Source of the DNA: Azolla caroliniana
Lineage: Eukaryota; Plantae; Polypodiophyta
Reading direction: 5' to 3'
Length of the DNA: 64,000 nt
NCBI GenBank assembly: GCA_043228905.1
Contig: JBHGNT010000008.1
Location: 9,920,001 to 9,984,000, forward strand
Shown: in pieces, positions 23,827 through 36,489 of the stretch
Position numbering within the stretch: position 1 is the first letter of the stretch
How the letters are laid out: every line of letters begins with the position of its first letter
Position numbers and translations under genes: made by a program
The notes under the pieces: model-generated
Told to the model about the DNA's origin: nothing
Database searches by the model: none
What the model saw: only the letters and a program-made list of their open reading frames with translations

Positions 23827-26800
23827 TGTAGAAAGTAGCGTGCGGAAGCAGGTATGAAGACAGAACAGAAGGAAGAACACTCAGGTTTAATGGAGAGCTA
23901 GAGCTTACACAGTATACGCGGGAGAGACAGAGAGAGTGAGAGAGAACACAAGAACTATATTCAACAATAATACTCTGTCTGTACATAAGTCGTGCTCGGT
24001 GAACACTTTTATACAAGTCCTAGAAGGACTGACTGAAGTACTGACAGTACTTCAAGGCTCATCAAGAGCTCCTACACTAACTCCCAAATATATTCCTCAC
24101 GGAATATCTTTCCTAACGACCTCCCGGTTTACGCACTCGTCCTAACCGATCGGTCCCAACCGATCCAGTCCTCAGCTTCTTCAGCCGATCCGGCCAATGT
24201 TGAGCTTGTCTCTCAACACTCCCCCTCAAGCTCAACTTGAGGCTCTTCGGGATCTTCACAACACCGGTTCCTCCTGGCTTCTCGCCTTGCTCGCGCTCCT
24301 CGACCTGTTCAACTCCGCGCGCTTCGACCCTTACGGTCGGCTTGTCTGCTCATGTGACCCTTATCAGCTCTTCTGTTGTTGCGGTGTCGACACTTCTTCT
24401 GCTGCCTTTTCTTCCGCTTGGGCCTCGGTTGATTCAGCGTATCTGAATCAACCATCCGAACCGACTCGGCTACCTCCGATCGGTCTTCGCTCTCGTCCGA
24501 GTTGGCTGTCTCCAACTCGTCTTTGGACTTCTCGCCCTCGATGGCGTCATCTTCCCCATGCGTGGTTGGCTTCGGCTCTCTCCTTCGGCTACTCCCCTTC
24601 TGTCCTCTTCCGAACTTTTCCGCGGGTCTGCCCTCCGCTTCTTCAGCCGATCCGAAATAGTCGAACTTGACAAATGAGTCAACCGACTCGGTGGTGTCGC
24701 GGTCTCCGCTCCTTTCCTGCTACCTTGCTTGGTCGTTCAGGACTGTTCTCCCCCTCAAGTTTGGCACGTCGAGGTGACGCAATCCAAGCGCACTTGAGAA
24801 TTGCCGCAACTTGTCCAGACCAAGAGGCTTGGTGAAGATGTCGGCAGTTTGCCGATCCGTCGGCACGTACTGAAGTTCGACTTCACCGGAAAGGACACGC
24901 TCACGGACGAAATGGTAGTGCACCTCAATGTGCTTGGTCCGTGCGTGGAAAACAGGGTTTTTCGCGAGCTGGATGTTGTTGAGGTTGTCACAGTAGATCG
25001 TCGTCGGATCTGACACCTCCTCTTGCAGGTCCTTAAGTAGCCGCTTCAACCATATGGCTTCGCATGTCGCGACAGCCGCTCCTCGGTACTCAGCTTCGGT
25101 GCTCGACAGTGCCACTGTCGGCTGCTTCTTACTGCTCCACGCGATCGCGGCACTCCCGAGGGAGAACGCGTATCCAGATGTGGATCGGCGATCGGCGGCG
25201 TTGCCAACCCAATCAGCATCGGTGTAGCCGACTAACTGCGCGGCTGCACCGGTCCGATATAGCAGTCCACGGTCCTTAGTGCCGTTGACATACCGAAGTA
25301 TGCGTTGCGCACACTAAAGGTGCTCCTCGGTAGGTCGCGCCATGAATTGATTGATCACCCCGACCGGATAACTGAGGTCGGGTCGGGTGATGGTCAAGTA
25401 TATGAGGCTTCCGACAATTTGTCGGAACCTCGTCGGGTCGCATACCTGTCCCGTATCGGGACGAAGCTTGACGGTTCTGTCCAGAGGAGTTGAGACGGAC
25501 TTACAGTCGGCCATCCCGAGTTTGAAGAGCATACCCAGCACGTAATGACGTTGGCTAATCAATATGCCTTCGGGGGTACGGATCACTTCGATCCCGAGGA
25601 AGTAATGAAGGTCCCCCAGATCCTTCATGTCAAACGATGCCGCAAGCTAGAGCTTCACGCGGTCGATTTCACCTAGGTCGGCGCCGGTGATGACCAAGTC
25701 ATCAACATATAGTAAAATACTAACCGGTCCAAGTCGACCTTTCCGGATGAACAGGGAAGACTCCGATTTTGTCGTGACGAACCCATCCGACGCAGTTGTT
25801 GTGTGATCTTCGCGTTCCAGGCAAGCGGGGCTTGCTTCAGTCCGTAAAGGGACTTCTTCAGTCGGCATACTGCCGAGGAGTTCGTTCCAGAGTGAAATCC
25901 GAGGGGCTGTACCATGTACACCTGTTCCTCAAGGTCACCTTGCAGGAACGCATTCTTTACATCCATCTGATGTAAGTGCCACCCCTTCGCCGCAGCTACT
26001 GCGAGCAAAACACGGACGGTCGTCATTTTCGCGATCGGCGCAAATGTCTCATCGTAGTCGATGCCATGTTTTTGCGCATAGCCCTTTGCCACTAGCCGAG
26101 CCTTGTACCGGTTAACGGAGCCATCGGTGTTGTACTTGACCTTGTACACCCACCTACACCCGATCGGTTTTACCCCTGTTGGTGCGTCAACCAGGTCCCA
26201 CGTCTCGTTCTCCGCCAATGCGTGCATCTCTTCCTCCATCGCGGCACGCCAATTCGCGTTTTTAGCTGCTTCTGCGTAGCTCTCCGGCTCACGCACTTCC
26301 GCTACACGGGTCATGTACGCATAATGATGCGCCATGTACTTGTTGTATCCGAACCGCTAAACAGGATTCTTCTGGCGGGTAGATCGGCGTAATCTCACAT
26401 TAGCCGATGTCAAGGCCTTCTCGGTCGACGCGGTCTTCACCTTTAAAGACCCGTCACCGGTTCTCTCGGAGTCGGACTCGCGTCGGTCTGACTCGTTCCT
26501 ATCCGTGCCGGAATCCGACACCTTCTTCTTCCCTTTCTCTTTGCGCGTAAGCGGTCTCCTCGGCTTCCTGTGCGGGGAATAAACGGTCGAGTCTCCACTA
26601 CTCGCCGGCTCTTCATCGGACTGGTCGTACCGACTCAGTCGTCCAATCGGTCCACTTAACCGGAGTGAAATCGGACTCTCATCGCGGGTCTCGATTTCGG
26701 GTTCATCCGGAGGCATCTCGGCCTCTCTAACCTCATCGTCAGAGCTCGGATTGGAGTCGGGGTTCGGATTTAGGGGCTGGTACCAGGACACGGACTCGTC

Positions 26801-29518
26801 AAACACAACGTCGCGGCTGACACGCACTTGTTTGATGCGAGGGTTATAGCACTTATAACCCTTCTGCTCGTCCGAGTAACCGACCAAGATGCATTTCTCG
26901 GCCTTTGCATCCAGCTTCCTCCTTTTCTCCTTCGGTATATGCACATACGCAATGCTACCGAACACCCTCAAGTGTCGCAAGTTCGGCTTCGTTCCGAAAT
27001 ATAGCTGGTGCGCCGACACTTTGTCTCTGATCCGGTTCTGGATGTATACCGCGGTCCTTACCGCCTCAGCCCAGTAGAACTTGGGCAAGCTCTTCTCCTC
27101 CAGCATTGCCCGTGCCGCTTCCACAATCGACCAATTCTTTCTCTTGGCCACGTCGTTCTGCTCCGGCGTGTATCTACAACTGAATTCACACCGAATTCCC
27201 ATTTGTTGTAGATAACCGTTGAATTGACCAAAAAAGTACTCTTTCCCGCCATCCGACCGCAGACACTTGATCTTTCGTCCCGTTTCCTTTTCCACGAACC
27301 CTTTGAGGTCCCGAAAACAGTCGAAGACTTCGATCTTCCTCTCAATGAGGTAGATCCACGTGTGCCGCGTGTGGTCGTCGATGAAGGAGACGAAATATCG
27401 GCTCCCGCCAAGACTAACGTTTTGTGCCGGCCCCCATACATCGGAGTGTATAAGGTCGAGCTTATTCCGGCTCTGGTTTCGCTCGTTTGGGAAAGGGAGT
27501 CGGTGTTGCTTCCCGAGCTGGCAGGCTTCACAAATTTGTGCCTTTCGGCCACTAAATTTGGGCAATCCGAATACTACCTGTTTCGTTTGCAGATCTTGAA
27601 GCCGCTGGTAGTTGACGTGGCCTATCCGCTTATGCCACAAGTCGATGTCCGACTCGGTTTTTCTTCCCTTTGCGAACATTGCGGTGCCGCCGTCAGTGGA
27701 GTCGAGGATGAACATCCTCCCGTCTCTGCGCCCTTGCGCAATCACACGGCCTTCTTCCTCAATGAAGCACCCGAGGTGTGTCAACCGAACCTCCATCCCT
27801 TGGTCGACGATCTGTCCGACCGAGACCAAGTTTTTCGTGATTGTCGGGACGTGCAGCACGTTCATGAGTTTCCCTTTCTGCCCGACATGGCTGAGGGGAA
27901 CTTCTCCGACATTCGCGATCGGATGCGTAGTGTCGTCTCCAGTTGCGACTACTCCAGGTTGTATCGGTTTTTCAAGGTAAGAGAACCACTCCTTATGGCT
28001 TGTCATGTGGTTTGACGCGCCGGAGTCTACGTACCACACCTCGTCCGATCTCGGGGTGGTCTGCTTCATTGAGTTTACTTCGTGTCTCGTCACAAATACA
28101 AACCCTTCTCCGGCTCTCCTAGAGTCTTCGGCGTAGTGCGATCGCTGCCGATTTTCCTTGTCGGTATGTCCGGAGCCGTTTCCGGAACCGGTTCTCTCCA
28201 AATCAGCGCGCTTCTTCCAGCACTCACTTTCCCTGTGGCCTTTCTTGCCACAGTACCAGCACTCCGCGATGGCCTTCCCTTGTCGGTTCTCATCGCTTCG
28301 ACTCCCCCTGTTTCCGGAGGGTCCGGAGTTGCTGTCGGCCACCTCCATCACTTCGGTGCCTTCTTCCTTGATCTCGTCGGCCGCCTCCATTGCGCCCCGA
28401 CTCGCCTCGTCCTCCACGTCCACGGGGCCTATCTCCCTCCGTGTACAACATTTTGTTGTCGGCATGCATGCTTGTAGACGCACCCGCGTGGTTCTCCTCT
28501 ACCAGGAGCATTGACTGTAAGTCGAAAAAGGACGGCGTATTCTCCCGGGTACACACAGCCGTTCGGAACGCTCCGAACTTCGACGCCAAACCTCCGAGAC
28601 AGATCTGGACCATCTCACTCCCCTCGATGTTCACATCTATGGAGGCGAGGGAGTCGCAGATATCCTTGATCTTCGAGGTGTAGTCCGCCACCGACAAGTC
28701 GCGTTGTCGTAGGTTGCTCAACTCTTGTCGGAGCTGAAGCTTCCTGGCTATGGTGCTCGCGGCGAAAATCTTCTTCAGATTTTCCCACGCACCCTTCGGC
28801 GTCTTTGCATCCCGAACATAGCTCAATAGTTGTTCGCCCACACACGACGCGAAGCAGTATAATACCCTGCTCGCCGATTGCTCCCACGACGGGAAGTCTC
28901 TGTGTGTCGATTCGAGTGCCGCGTCATTAGCTCCTTCGACATAACTCCAGTAGCCGTGCCCGAGCAGGTACTGGTGCATCTTGTAAGACCAAGACGCGTA
29001 GTTGGTTCTGTTGAGCTTCTCTGTTGGAAGCGAGCTCGCCATGCCTCTATCCATCATTCTTCTTGTTCTTCTTCGTCAAGCTGTGTCGGCTGCAGAGAGG
29101 TTCTCAACCCTCGCGCTCTGATACCATGTAGAAAGTAGCGTGCGGAAGCAGGTATGAAGACCGAACAGAAGGAAGAACACTCAGGTTTAATGGAGAGCTA
29201 GAGCTTACGCAGTATACGCGGGAGAGACAGAGAGAGTGAGAGAGAACACAAGAATTATATTCAACAATAATACTCTGTCTGTACATAAGTCGTGCTCAGT
29301 GAACACTTTTATACAAGTCCTAGAAGGACTGACTGAAGTACTGACAGTACTTCAATGCTCATCAAGAGCTCCTACACTAACTCCCAAATATATTCCTCAC
29401 GGAATATCTTTCCTAACGACCTCCCGGTTTACGCACTCGGCCTAACCGATCGGTCCCAACCGATTCGGTCCTCGGCTTCTTCAGCCGATCCGTCCGATGT
29501 TGAGCTTGTCTCTCAACA
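23827..29518 (-). mobile_element. Full-length Ty1/Copia element nested in the integrase of the 21241-32121 Copia
   Basis: LTRs 23827-24218 and 29127-29518 (392 bp, about 11 mismatches). TSD CACGT. Met PBS 29115-29126, PPT 24219-24230. Confidence 0.96.
24720..29057 (-). pseudogene. Copia gag-pol polyprotein with a few frameshifts and stops
   Basis: ORFs 28290-29057 (gag), 26357-28483 (CWYCGKKGH, WYVDSGASNHM, INT), 25673-26335 and 25314-25628 (RT), 24720-25115 (RH, ADIFTKPL). Confidence 0.93.
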
Positions 29519-32500
29519 CACGTGGCAAAGGACAAGAGAGCAAAGCTGGATCTGAAGTCCCGACCATGCATATTCCTTGGATACGGCAATGATGAGTTTG
29601 GTTACCGGGTGTGGGATCTAGTCGATAGAAACGTGTTCCTGAGTCGGGACATAGTCTGCATGGAAGACAGAACCATTGCCGACTGGGAGTCGGAGAAGAA
29701 GGTAACGACTCTAGATCATCCTTTGAAAACCGGATGTTAGCCGATAACTGGATGACACTCGACGAACCAGCCGGATACGGACAGGAAACCGAACTGATCG
29801 AAGAAGAAGAAGAAGAAGAAGGAGAAGAAGACACTGGAACCGGACAAGATCCTGAATCGGATGAGGATGAGGAACAAATGGAGGAACCGGCAGTCAGAAA
29901 CCAAGGACGAAGATATCCTCTCCGGGAGAGAAGAGCCCCCCGAAGATTTCCAGATGCAGAGCATGTGTTGCTAACCAATGAGGGGGAGCCGGAAAGCTTT
30001 GAAGAAGCAAGGGGAGACACGCACAGCTGCAAGTGGTTGAGTGCCATGTAGGATGAGATGGATTCCTTGCATGAGAACCACACATACGAATTGGTGGAGT
30101 TGCCGAAAGGAAAGAGGGCACTCCGAAACAAGTGGGTGTACAAGCTGAAACCGGGAGACGCCGGAAACCCACCAAGGTATAAGGCCCGAATCGTGGTAAA
30201 GGGCTTCCAATAGAAGAAAGGAGTGGACTTCGATCAGATCTTTGCCACGGTAGTAAAGATGACATCCATCCGGACGGTATTGGGCATAGCGGCAAGCATG
30301 GACCTCGAGGTAGAGCAATTGGACATCAAGACGACATTCCTACACGGAGACCTCGAAGAAGAGATCTACATGCATCAACCGGAAGGATTTGAGAAGAAAG
30401 GGAAGGAGCACTTGGTGCGTTGGCTGAAGAAGAGCTTATACAGACTGAAGCAAGCTCCCCGGTAATGGTACCGGAAGTTTGACTCCTTCATGACCAATCA
30501 AAGGTACCACAAGACGCAAGCCGATCATTGCGTGTTTGTGAAGAAATTTGATGGAGGAGATTTCCTGATATTGCTCCTATACGTAGACGACATGTTGATC
30601 GTCGGATGAGACCAAGTCAAGATACGGATGCTGAAGAAGGCCCTTAACTAGACCTTCTCAATGAAAGACTTGGGTCCGGCAAGATAGATACTGGGGATGC
30701 ACATCATCCGGGACCGGTCAAAGAAGCAATTGTGGTTGTCATAGGAAAAGTATGTGACAAAGGTGCTTCAGCGGTTTAACATGTCAAAAGCAAAACTGGT
30801 CGGATCAACACTCCCGGCAAACTACAAATTATCCGGTAAAGAAAGCCCAAAGACAAAGGTAGAGAAGGCGGATATGATGATGATTCCATATGCCTCTACG
30901 ATTGAGAGCTTGATGTACGCAATGGTGTGTACTCGACCGGATATTGGATACGCAATCGGAGTGGTGAGTCGGTTCATGACCAACCCCGGAAAAGAGCACT
31001 GGAATGTGGTAAAATGGATACTCCAGTACTTGAAGGGCACTTCGAGTATGTGCCTCCGATTCGGCTCTGGTAAACCCCTCATGGAAGGCTTTACTGATTC
31101 GGATATGTCGGCTGATGTGGACACCAGTCGGTTAATTTCCGGATATGTCATGACCTATGCAAGGGGAGCCGTTTCGTGGCAATCGAGGTTGTAGAAGACG
31201 GTTGCATTGTCAACCACGGAGGCAGAGTACATGGCAGTTGTGGAAGCCGGCAAGGAAATATTATGGATGAAGGACTTCATCAAAGAGTTAGGGATCAGGC
31301 AAGAGGAATATCAGCTCTACTACAACAGTCAAAGTGCCATCCACCTTGCAAAGAATGCGGCATACCATTCCAGAATGAAGCACATTTAGCGCGGGTACCA
31401 CTGGATCCAAGAGCGAGTTGAAGATCGAGAGTTCAGGCTGACGAAGATCCACACAGAGGAGAACGGGTCGGATATGTTGACCAAGGTACTGACACCTGAC
31501 AAGCTGGACGCATGTCGGAAGTGGATCGGACTTACAAGACATCCCATACCGGAGTGAAGGGGGAGATTGTTGGGAAATCGGTCTCTCCGGATGGGATCCG
31601 ATGATGAATAAAGAGAGCCGATGGGAACCGGAAGAGATCTGGAAACCGGATCGGTGAACCCGGTGAGAACCGAAAGAGAAGACAGATTTGTAAATATGTC
31701 TTGAATAAGCCCATTGAGGCTATATTTGTAAATAGCCCTAAGTTCATATAACTATAAATATGACTTAGGGCAATCAATTTATGTAGTTGTGTGATTGTGT
31801 TGTTGTCATATTGTTGTATCTGTTGTACAAAGAGAGAGAGAGGGAGAGAGAGATACAGAGCGATACTCTGTTGTAACCGCCACTATGCGAAGAAACAGGG
31901 CTCGAGGTTGTTGCCTCCGAGTCTCTAATTGTACCCCTTCTCTTCATTGTGATAGTTCGGAGTATGTGGGCTCCCGTGGTTTTTCCCTATTAGGGTTTTT
32001 CACGTAAACATCCTGTGTCACTTTCTTGTGTACTCTCTACTTCCCATTTCTGTGTTTGATTCTTATAGAAGAGACTTACTACTCGATTGTGGCCGAGTGA
32101 TATTCCGTGCATTTCTCTTCACGATAATGGTTGGAACCGAGCATGGTCGATCTCCATTGGGGTATGGGGGCCGACCTCCATCAGGGTATGAGTATCATTG
32201 GAAGATGGAAACCATGGCGTGCTTGGCGAAACTGATATATATGGCCTTGTGAGTGGAACATTGCGGGAGGAAGACGGAAAGCCTCGAGTCACCCGTTCCT
32301 CTTGTCGAAGCTCGAAAAGACGATTATCACATTGAACGGCTTGGGAGATTACCTAGGACAATGATGTGGTCTCCAAAAAGTTTAAGAAAAGAGTCTTGAC
32401 ATAATTTCTGAGGCCTTGATGAAATTGGTTGCATAAAGCTTAGTCATCCCAACTGATATCGCACTCGATCTGACGAAACTCAAGCATAGACGGAAGTTGG

Positions 32501-33366
32501 ACGAGAGCCTTGTTGTAAAGAATAGAGTTTCGTGAGTGCCATTTGTTGTCGATCTATCTCTCTGAATGTGGCTTCAAGCTCCGCAAGGAAGGCAGGAAAG
32601 TTGTCTAAGAGTGGGGATGAGGTCTCGATCAATGGTGCAAACCACACTTGTGCCAGCCCCGAGAGAAGGATGCCAACGAGGTCGACCCGAGAGAAATCAC
32701 TAGCATAGCGTTGGGGTTGTAAGCGAACTATAAGCGAAATATGATTGATGAAGCCACGAAGATGCACCCTCGAGCCGTTGAATTTGTGAGGTAGGCTAAC
32801 GTTAGGTTCGAGGACATATGAATGGGAAGAGGAAGGGGTTGGGTTAGGTGCTAACGGAAGGTGAGGCTCAACGGGTGGAGGGTTGTGTTGGTTGTGCTAT
32901 TTTGAAGCTCCCGTAATGATTGATGAAGGCTTTCATTTTCTAATTGAAGTTGTTCCAAGGCTGCCATTACTTGGCTTAAGGCCGAGTCAGACATGGTAAC
33001 AAGAAGGGAAGGTGAACAAACTGTCACGGACGGGTAGACCAGGACAGGGATAAGTAGGCGAGCTAAATATTAAGAGAGAGCAAAAGATAGATATATAGAT
33101 AGAGAGAGAGCATAGACAAGAGAACAAGAGAGAGGGAAAGTAGACAAAAGAGCAAGAACTAAATTATGTTTCCATAACTGGTGTTGTTCACCTTGATTGT
33201 AATCAAGGTGCACCGAAGTATTTATACAAGAATGTGGTGGTATGCATGCATGATAGGAAACATCTAGAGAGTGCATGAAGATGCATTCTCTAGAAGTTTC
33301 TTGAAAGTTCTAGTGATTACATAGAATGTAATAAGTTGAATCTTATACAATACAATAATGTATAGA

Positions 33367-33425
33367 TGGATGTAGCTCAATTGGTAAGGTTGCCCAATAA
33401 GACCAGGAGTTCATGGGTTCAACCT
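33367..33425 (+). promoter_or_regulatory. tRNA-like Pol III A/B-box cassette in chromovirus LTR U3
   Basis: A box TAGCTCAATTGG at 33373-33384 followed by TA, and a degenerate B box GGTTCAACC at 33416-33424. Antisense to the element. Confidence 0.55.
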
Positions 33426-33447
33426 ATATTTCATTGTGTCTATGACA

Positions 33448-34860
33448 CTATTGCATATACTCCGGAGGGAAATGGTAAAGTTGAAAGGGGCCATGGTCCA
33501 ATTGTGAAAGCTTTGGTCAAAGCATGTGATGGTCAAATTCTTATGTGGCCTGACATGCTACCTTATGCTCTCTAGGCCGATAGATGCAGTCACAACTCTG
33601 TTATGGGATTTATGCCATCGGAACTACTTTTTGGTCAGAAGCCTATTATGCCTACGGAGTAGATGATTCCCACTTGGGGATTTTTACCTTAGGAAAACCA
33701 GATGGAACGTGAAGATTTGTTGGCTATTCGAATTCGTTAATTAGAAAATAGGCCGAAGGATATAGTTGAAGCTACCATGAAACAACAAGAAGTTCGATTG
33801 AAGAATAAGAATTGATTTGACAAGAGACATCAACTTCGGAATATTCCCATTGAAAAAGGAGATTGGGTTTTGGTGTTTGATAGTAGTCTCGAACGTCAAC
33901 ACAAATCTATTCGAAAATTCTCTCATCGATGGTTTGGGCCATATCGAGTGGTAGAAGTCCGACAAAATGGAACATATATTTTATCAAAATTTGATGGAAC
34001 TCTTCTTCGAATTCTAATTGCTGGTAAACAAATTAAACTCTTTAAACAAAGAGTTTGTCTTGTTCCTGACATTTTGCAGGATGAAGGATCAGTGGAAGCT
34101 AATTCGAATTGGGAAGAAGATGTTGAAGCAGAGGTGGTGGTCCATGAAGTGGCAGCTACAATTATCCAATTAGACGCGGTAATGGTAGTTTCATCACAGG
34201 ATATTGGACTAGAAGAGAATGTAAATGAGGACTTAACTTTTTTATTAGAAGGGGTGAAGATGACTCTCGTGTCGATTCCAGAATTGAATGAAGATGATTA
34301 GCGTGGATCGGCTGTTCAAATAAAGGGAAAGAGGAATTTGGTTGAATTTTCTCCACTTGGCACATAACGGAGGATGTGCAGGTTAGGAAGGGGTGCATGT
34401 CATAAAGGGATACGGCCAACTAGTGCCACCACGATTCCACACTTGCCTCAACTACAACCACGCATCTCGACTTGGTTCGATGACCCAACACTCCTTGGAG
34501 ATCCACCTGATTTGAGTCATTGGAGTTGATTTACATTCTAGACTCAAGTTTCTTTAGTATTATTGTTATTAGGGATTTATATGCATTATTTTATTGGAAC
34601 AAATATTGTATAGTCAAAACCATGTAATGTATTGCATGTGCACCATATAATGCACATGCAAAGCTTCTCTACATTTTTTTTATAATGCACATGCACAAGC
34701 TTCTCTAGGGGGTGCCATGTGGCCCACATGTAGAAGCATCCATTTAATATAAGAAGGGAAGATTATTGTCATCAAGGAAAAAAAAAACACAACCAATCAA
34801 AGAGACATATTTTGTAAATGGTTTTTTCTTCTCGAGGAAATAGAGATTTTCTATTTGGCA
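33448..34860 (+). mobile_element. Old non-chromovirus Gypsy remnant (integrase C-half, PPT, start of 3' LTR); host of the chromovirus insertion
   Basis: AYTPEGNGKVERGH...WPDMLPYAL...GDWVLV...RWFGPYRV with stops and no chromodomain. PPT AGGAAGGGG then TGTCA at 34398. The LTR right end was not found. Confidence 0.75.
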
Positions 34861-34926
34861 TTCTTTCTTCAACCGTGCTTGAGGGGTAGTTGTGTATGGT
34901 GGTCTTTTATTCATAACTCTCAATTC

Positions 34927-35340
34927 TCACGTCCATTTTTTAAATACTTTAAATATCCTCTTTCCAGCTAGCACGTTTAGGATTAGTGTCCCATCCAATT
35001 CACTAAGATTATAAGTAAAGTTATCATATACTTTTTTTACTATGTAGGGCCTAAACCATCTTTCAGTGAACTTGCGAATAATGATATGTTGATTATTTAA
35101 ACTGTTATCATACACAAGCACCCAATCCCTCTCTTCTATTTTCTTAGGCCGAATTCTGTGAGTTTTATCAAAACGAATTTTATTCTTCAGTCGAACCTCA
35201 TTCAATCATTGGGTTGCTAATTCTATATCTTCAAGTAGACGCTCTAATTGTTGAATTCGCAAAGCAAGCAATTCTTCTCTACTCACCTCTTCTCTCCATG
35301 GAATAGATGTCCATGACATAATTGATTCTTCTACCGGCAT
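34927..35340 (-). mobile_element. Second Gypsy integrase C-terminal fragment of the same lineage, inverted
   Basis: MPVEESIMSW...REELLALRIQQLE and RLKNKIRFDK...DWVLVYD...RWFRPY parallel the 33650-34030 protein. Confidence 0.8.
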
Positions 35341-36069
35341 TGTTACCCGTAAAAATATACGGGGAGGCATAAAGGGTGGAACATGATAATGTGGTTGATG
35401 TGTATGTGTAATATGAATGAGTGTATGAGTATGAGTATGTGTATGAATACATGCACATTTGTTTGCATGTGTACAAAGGTGAGAAAGTGGGTAAATAATG
35501 TAACTCCCTACTTGTTTCATTCTTTATTTGTAACGATTACCTCTTGTACTATATAAACCCCACCCATGGGGCATAATGTGCTGCTTTTTCCCCCCTCATT
35601 TGTGTGTCATTTCTTATTTCCACTCTCCTTCTCTCTCTTTATCGTAACCCCCTTGGGAGGGGGGTGAAGCCATTCTACATAGGCATGCTTGAACACAGAC
35701 CCTCCCTTGAGAAGAATTCTCTCACTCTCCCTCTCCCTCATTAATCTCTCTCTCCTCCCTCTCTGTGTGTTAGTCTTTGTGTTAGAGAGTGTGATTTGTG
35801 CATGAACTCTCTATGTGAGATTGGCCTGCAATGACAATGGTGATTTCTCTTTTGCTATTATGTCTAATGTATTCAAGGCCTAATGGACATGGCCTTTCAA
35901 ACCCCTCCCCTTTTTTCACTCGCTCTCTGCTGAGAGTTCGAGTTCGTCTCTATGTCTTCAACTCTCTGCGTTAGTGTGTGTGTTCCATTGAGTTGATGGA
36001 AGAAGGAAGTCTAACTTTCTCTCTCTCTCCCTCTCTCTACAAACAGACAACACTCATCGCGCTCTAGCT

Positions 36070-36489
36070 ATGGCGGGCAGCAACAACAACAGCAATGGAC
36101 GACGACGAAGAAGCAAGTGTGTCTTCACGGAAGAAGCCCACCCTCCCCACCACAACCATCACCTTTCCTCATTCACTTGCACCGCTCTCAGTTCTGGCCA
36201 AGGAGACCTTCACCATGTTGGTGCGGGCTATGGCCACGTTGATGATGTTCTCTGTCAGAGTTGTGGCCTAGGAGATCGAGAGAACCAACTCCTTCTCTGC
36301 AATCGTTGTGACCGTGGTCGTCGCCATTCTTTCTGCCTTCCTCCCATTCTCTTTCGTGTTCCTTTTGTTCCTTGGATGTTGCCTCTCTACAGTGATGAGG
36401 GTGAAAAGAGAAGGATGATTCCCAAGAGGAAGTTGGTTGCAAAGAAGAAGACAATGGTAATGAGAAAGATGTCGATCATTCTGTTATGA
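36070..36489 (+). pseudogene. ATXR5/ATXR6-like PHD-finger gene fragment
   Basis: DDVLCQSCGLGDRENQLLLCNRCDRG.HSFCLPPILFRVPFVPW resembles the ATXR5/6 PHD pattern (CGSG...LLLCDKCDRGFH..CLRPI..RVP.G.W). The last Cys pair is lost and there is no SET domain. Confidence 0.6.

Larger units (their letters stand above)
21241..32121 (+). mobile_element. Full-length degenerate Ty1/Copia element (Tnt1/Tork-like) inserted in chromovirus gag
   Basis: LTRs 21241-21794 and 31568-32121 (554 bp, about 18 mismatches). PBS TGGTATCAGAGC at 21798, PPT at about 31557-31566. TSD AAATA/CGATA has 2 mismatches, but removing the element plus 5 bp restores the host gag frame. Gag-PR-INT-RT-RH fragments in order. Confidence 0.95.
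8608..33447 (-). mobile_element. Ty3/Gypsy chromovirus (Tcn1-like), split by nested Copia insertions; own segments are 8608-11691, 20544-21240 and 32127-33447
   Basis: 5' LTR 33022-33447 (TGTCATAGA... on minus). Gag runs from ATG 32994 and rejoins in frame across the insertion (MEIDHARFQPLSDVQRQ...YCGTPRHVIRHCP). Protease LLDYGAS, RT ([17 protein letters not shown]), RNase H (YDKELAAI, TDHKNL), integrase (YHPQTDGQTERVN), chromodomain EYEVDQILDSR...YLVLWKGY...TWEP. PPT at 8620-8632 and 12 bp of the 3' LTR (8608-8619). Confidence 0.92.

Noticed and set aside
33650-35340. Inverted integrase fragments as a foldback/hairpin locus
   Set aside because: The arms are clearly diverged at the DNA level and are better explained as two independent old insertions of one lineage.
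35341-35681. Solo LTR with GGCAT TSD
   Set aside because: The right end is TA rather than CA, and the right flank does not continue the integrase on the left, so the apparent TSD may be chance.
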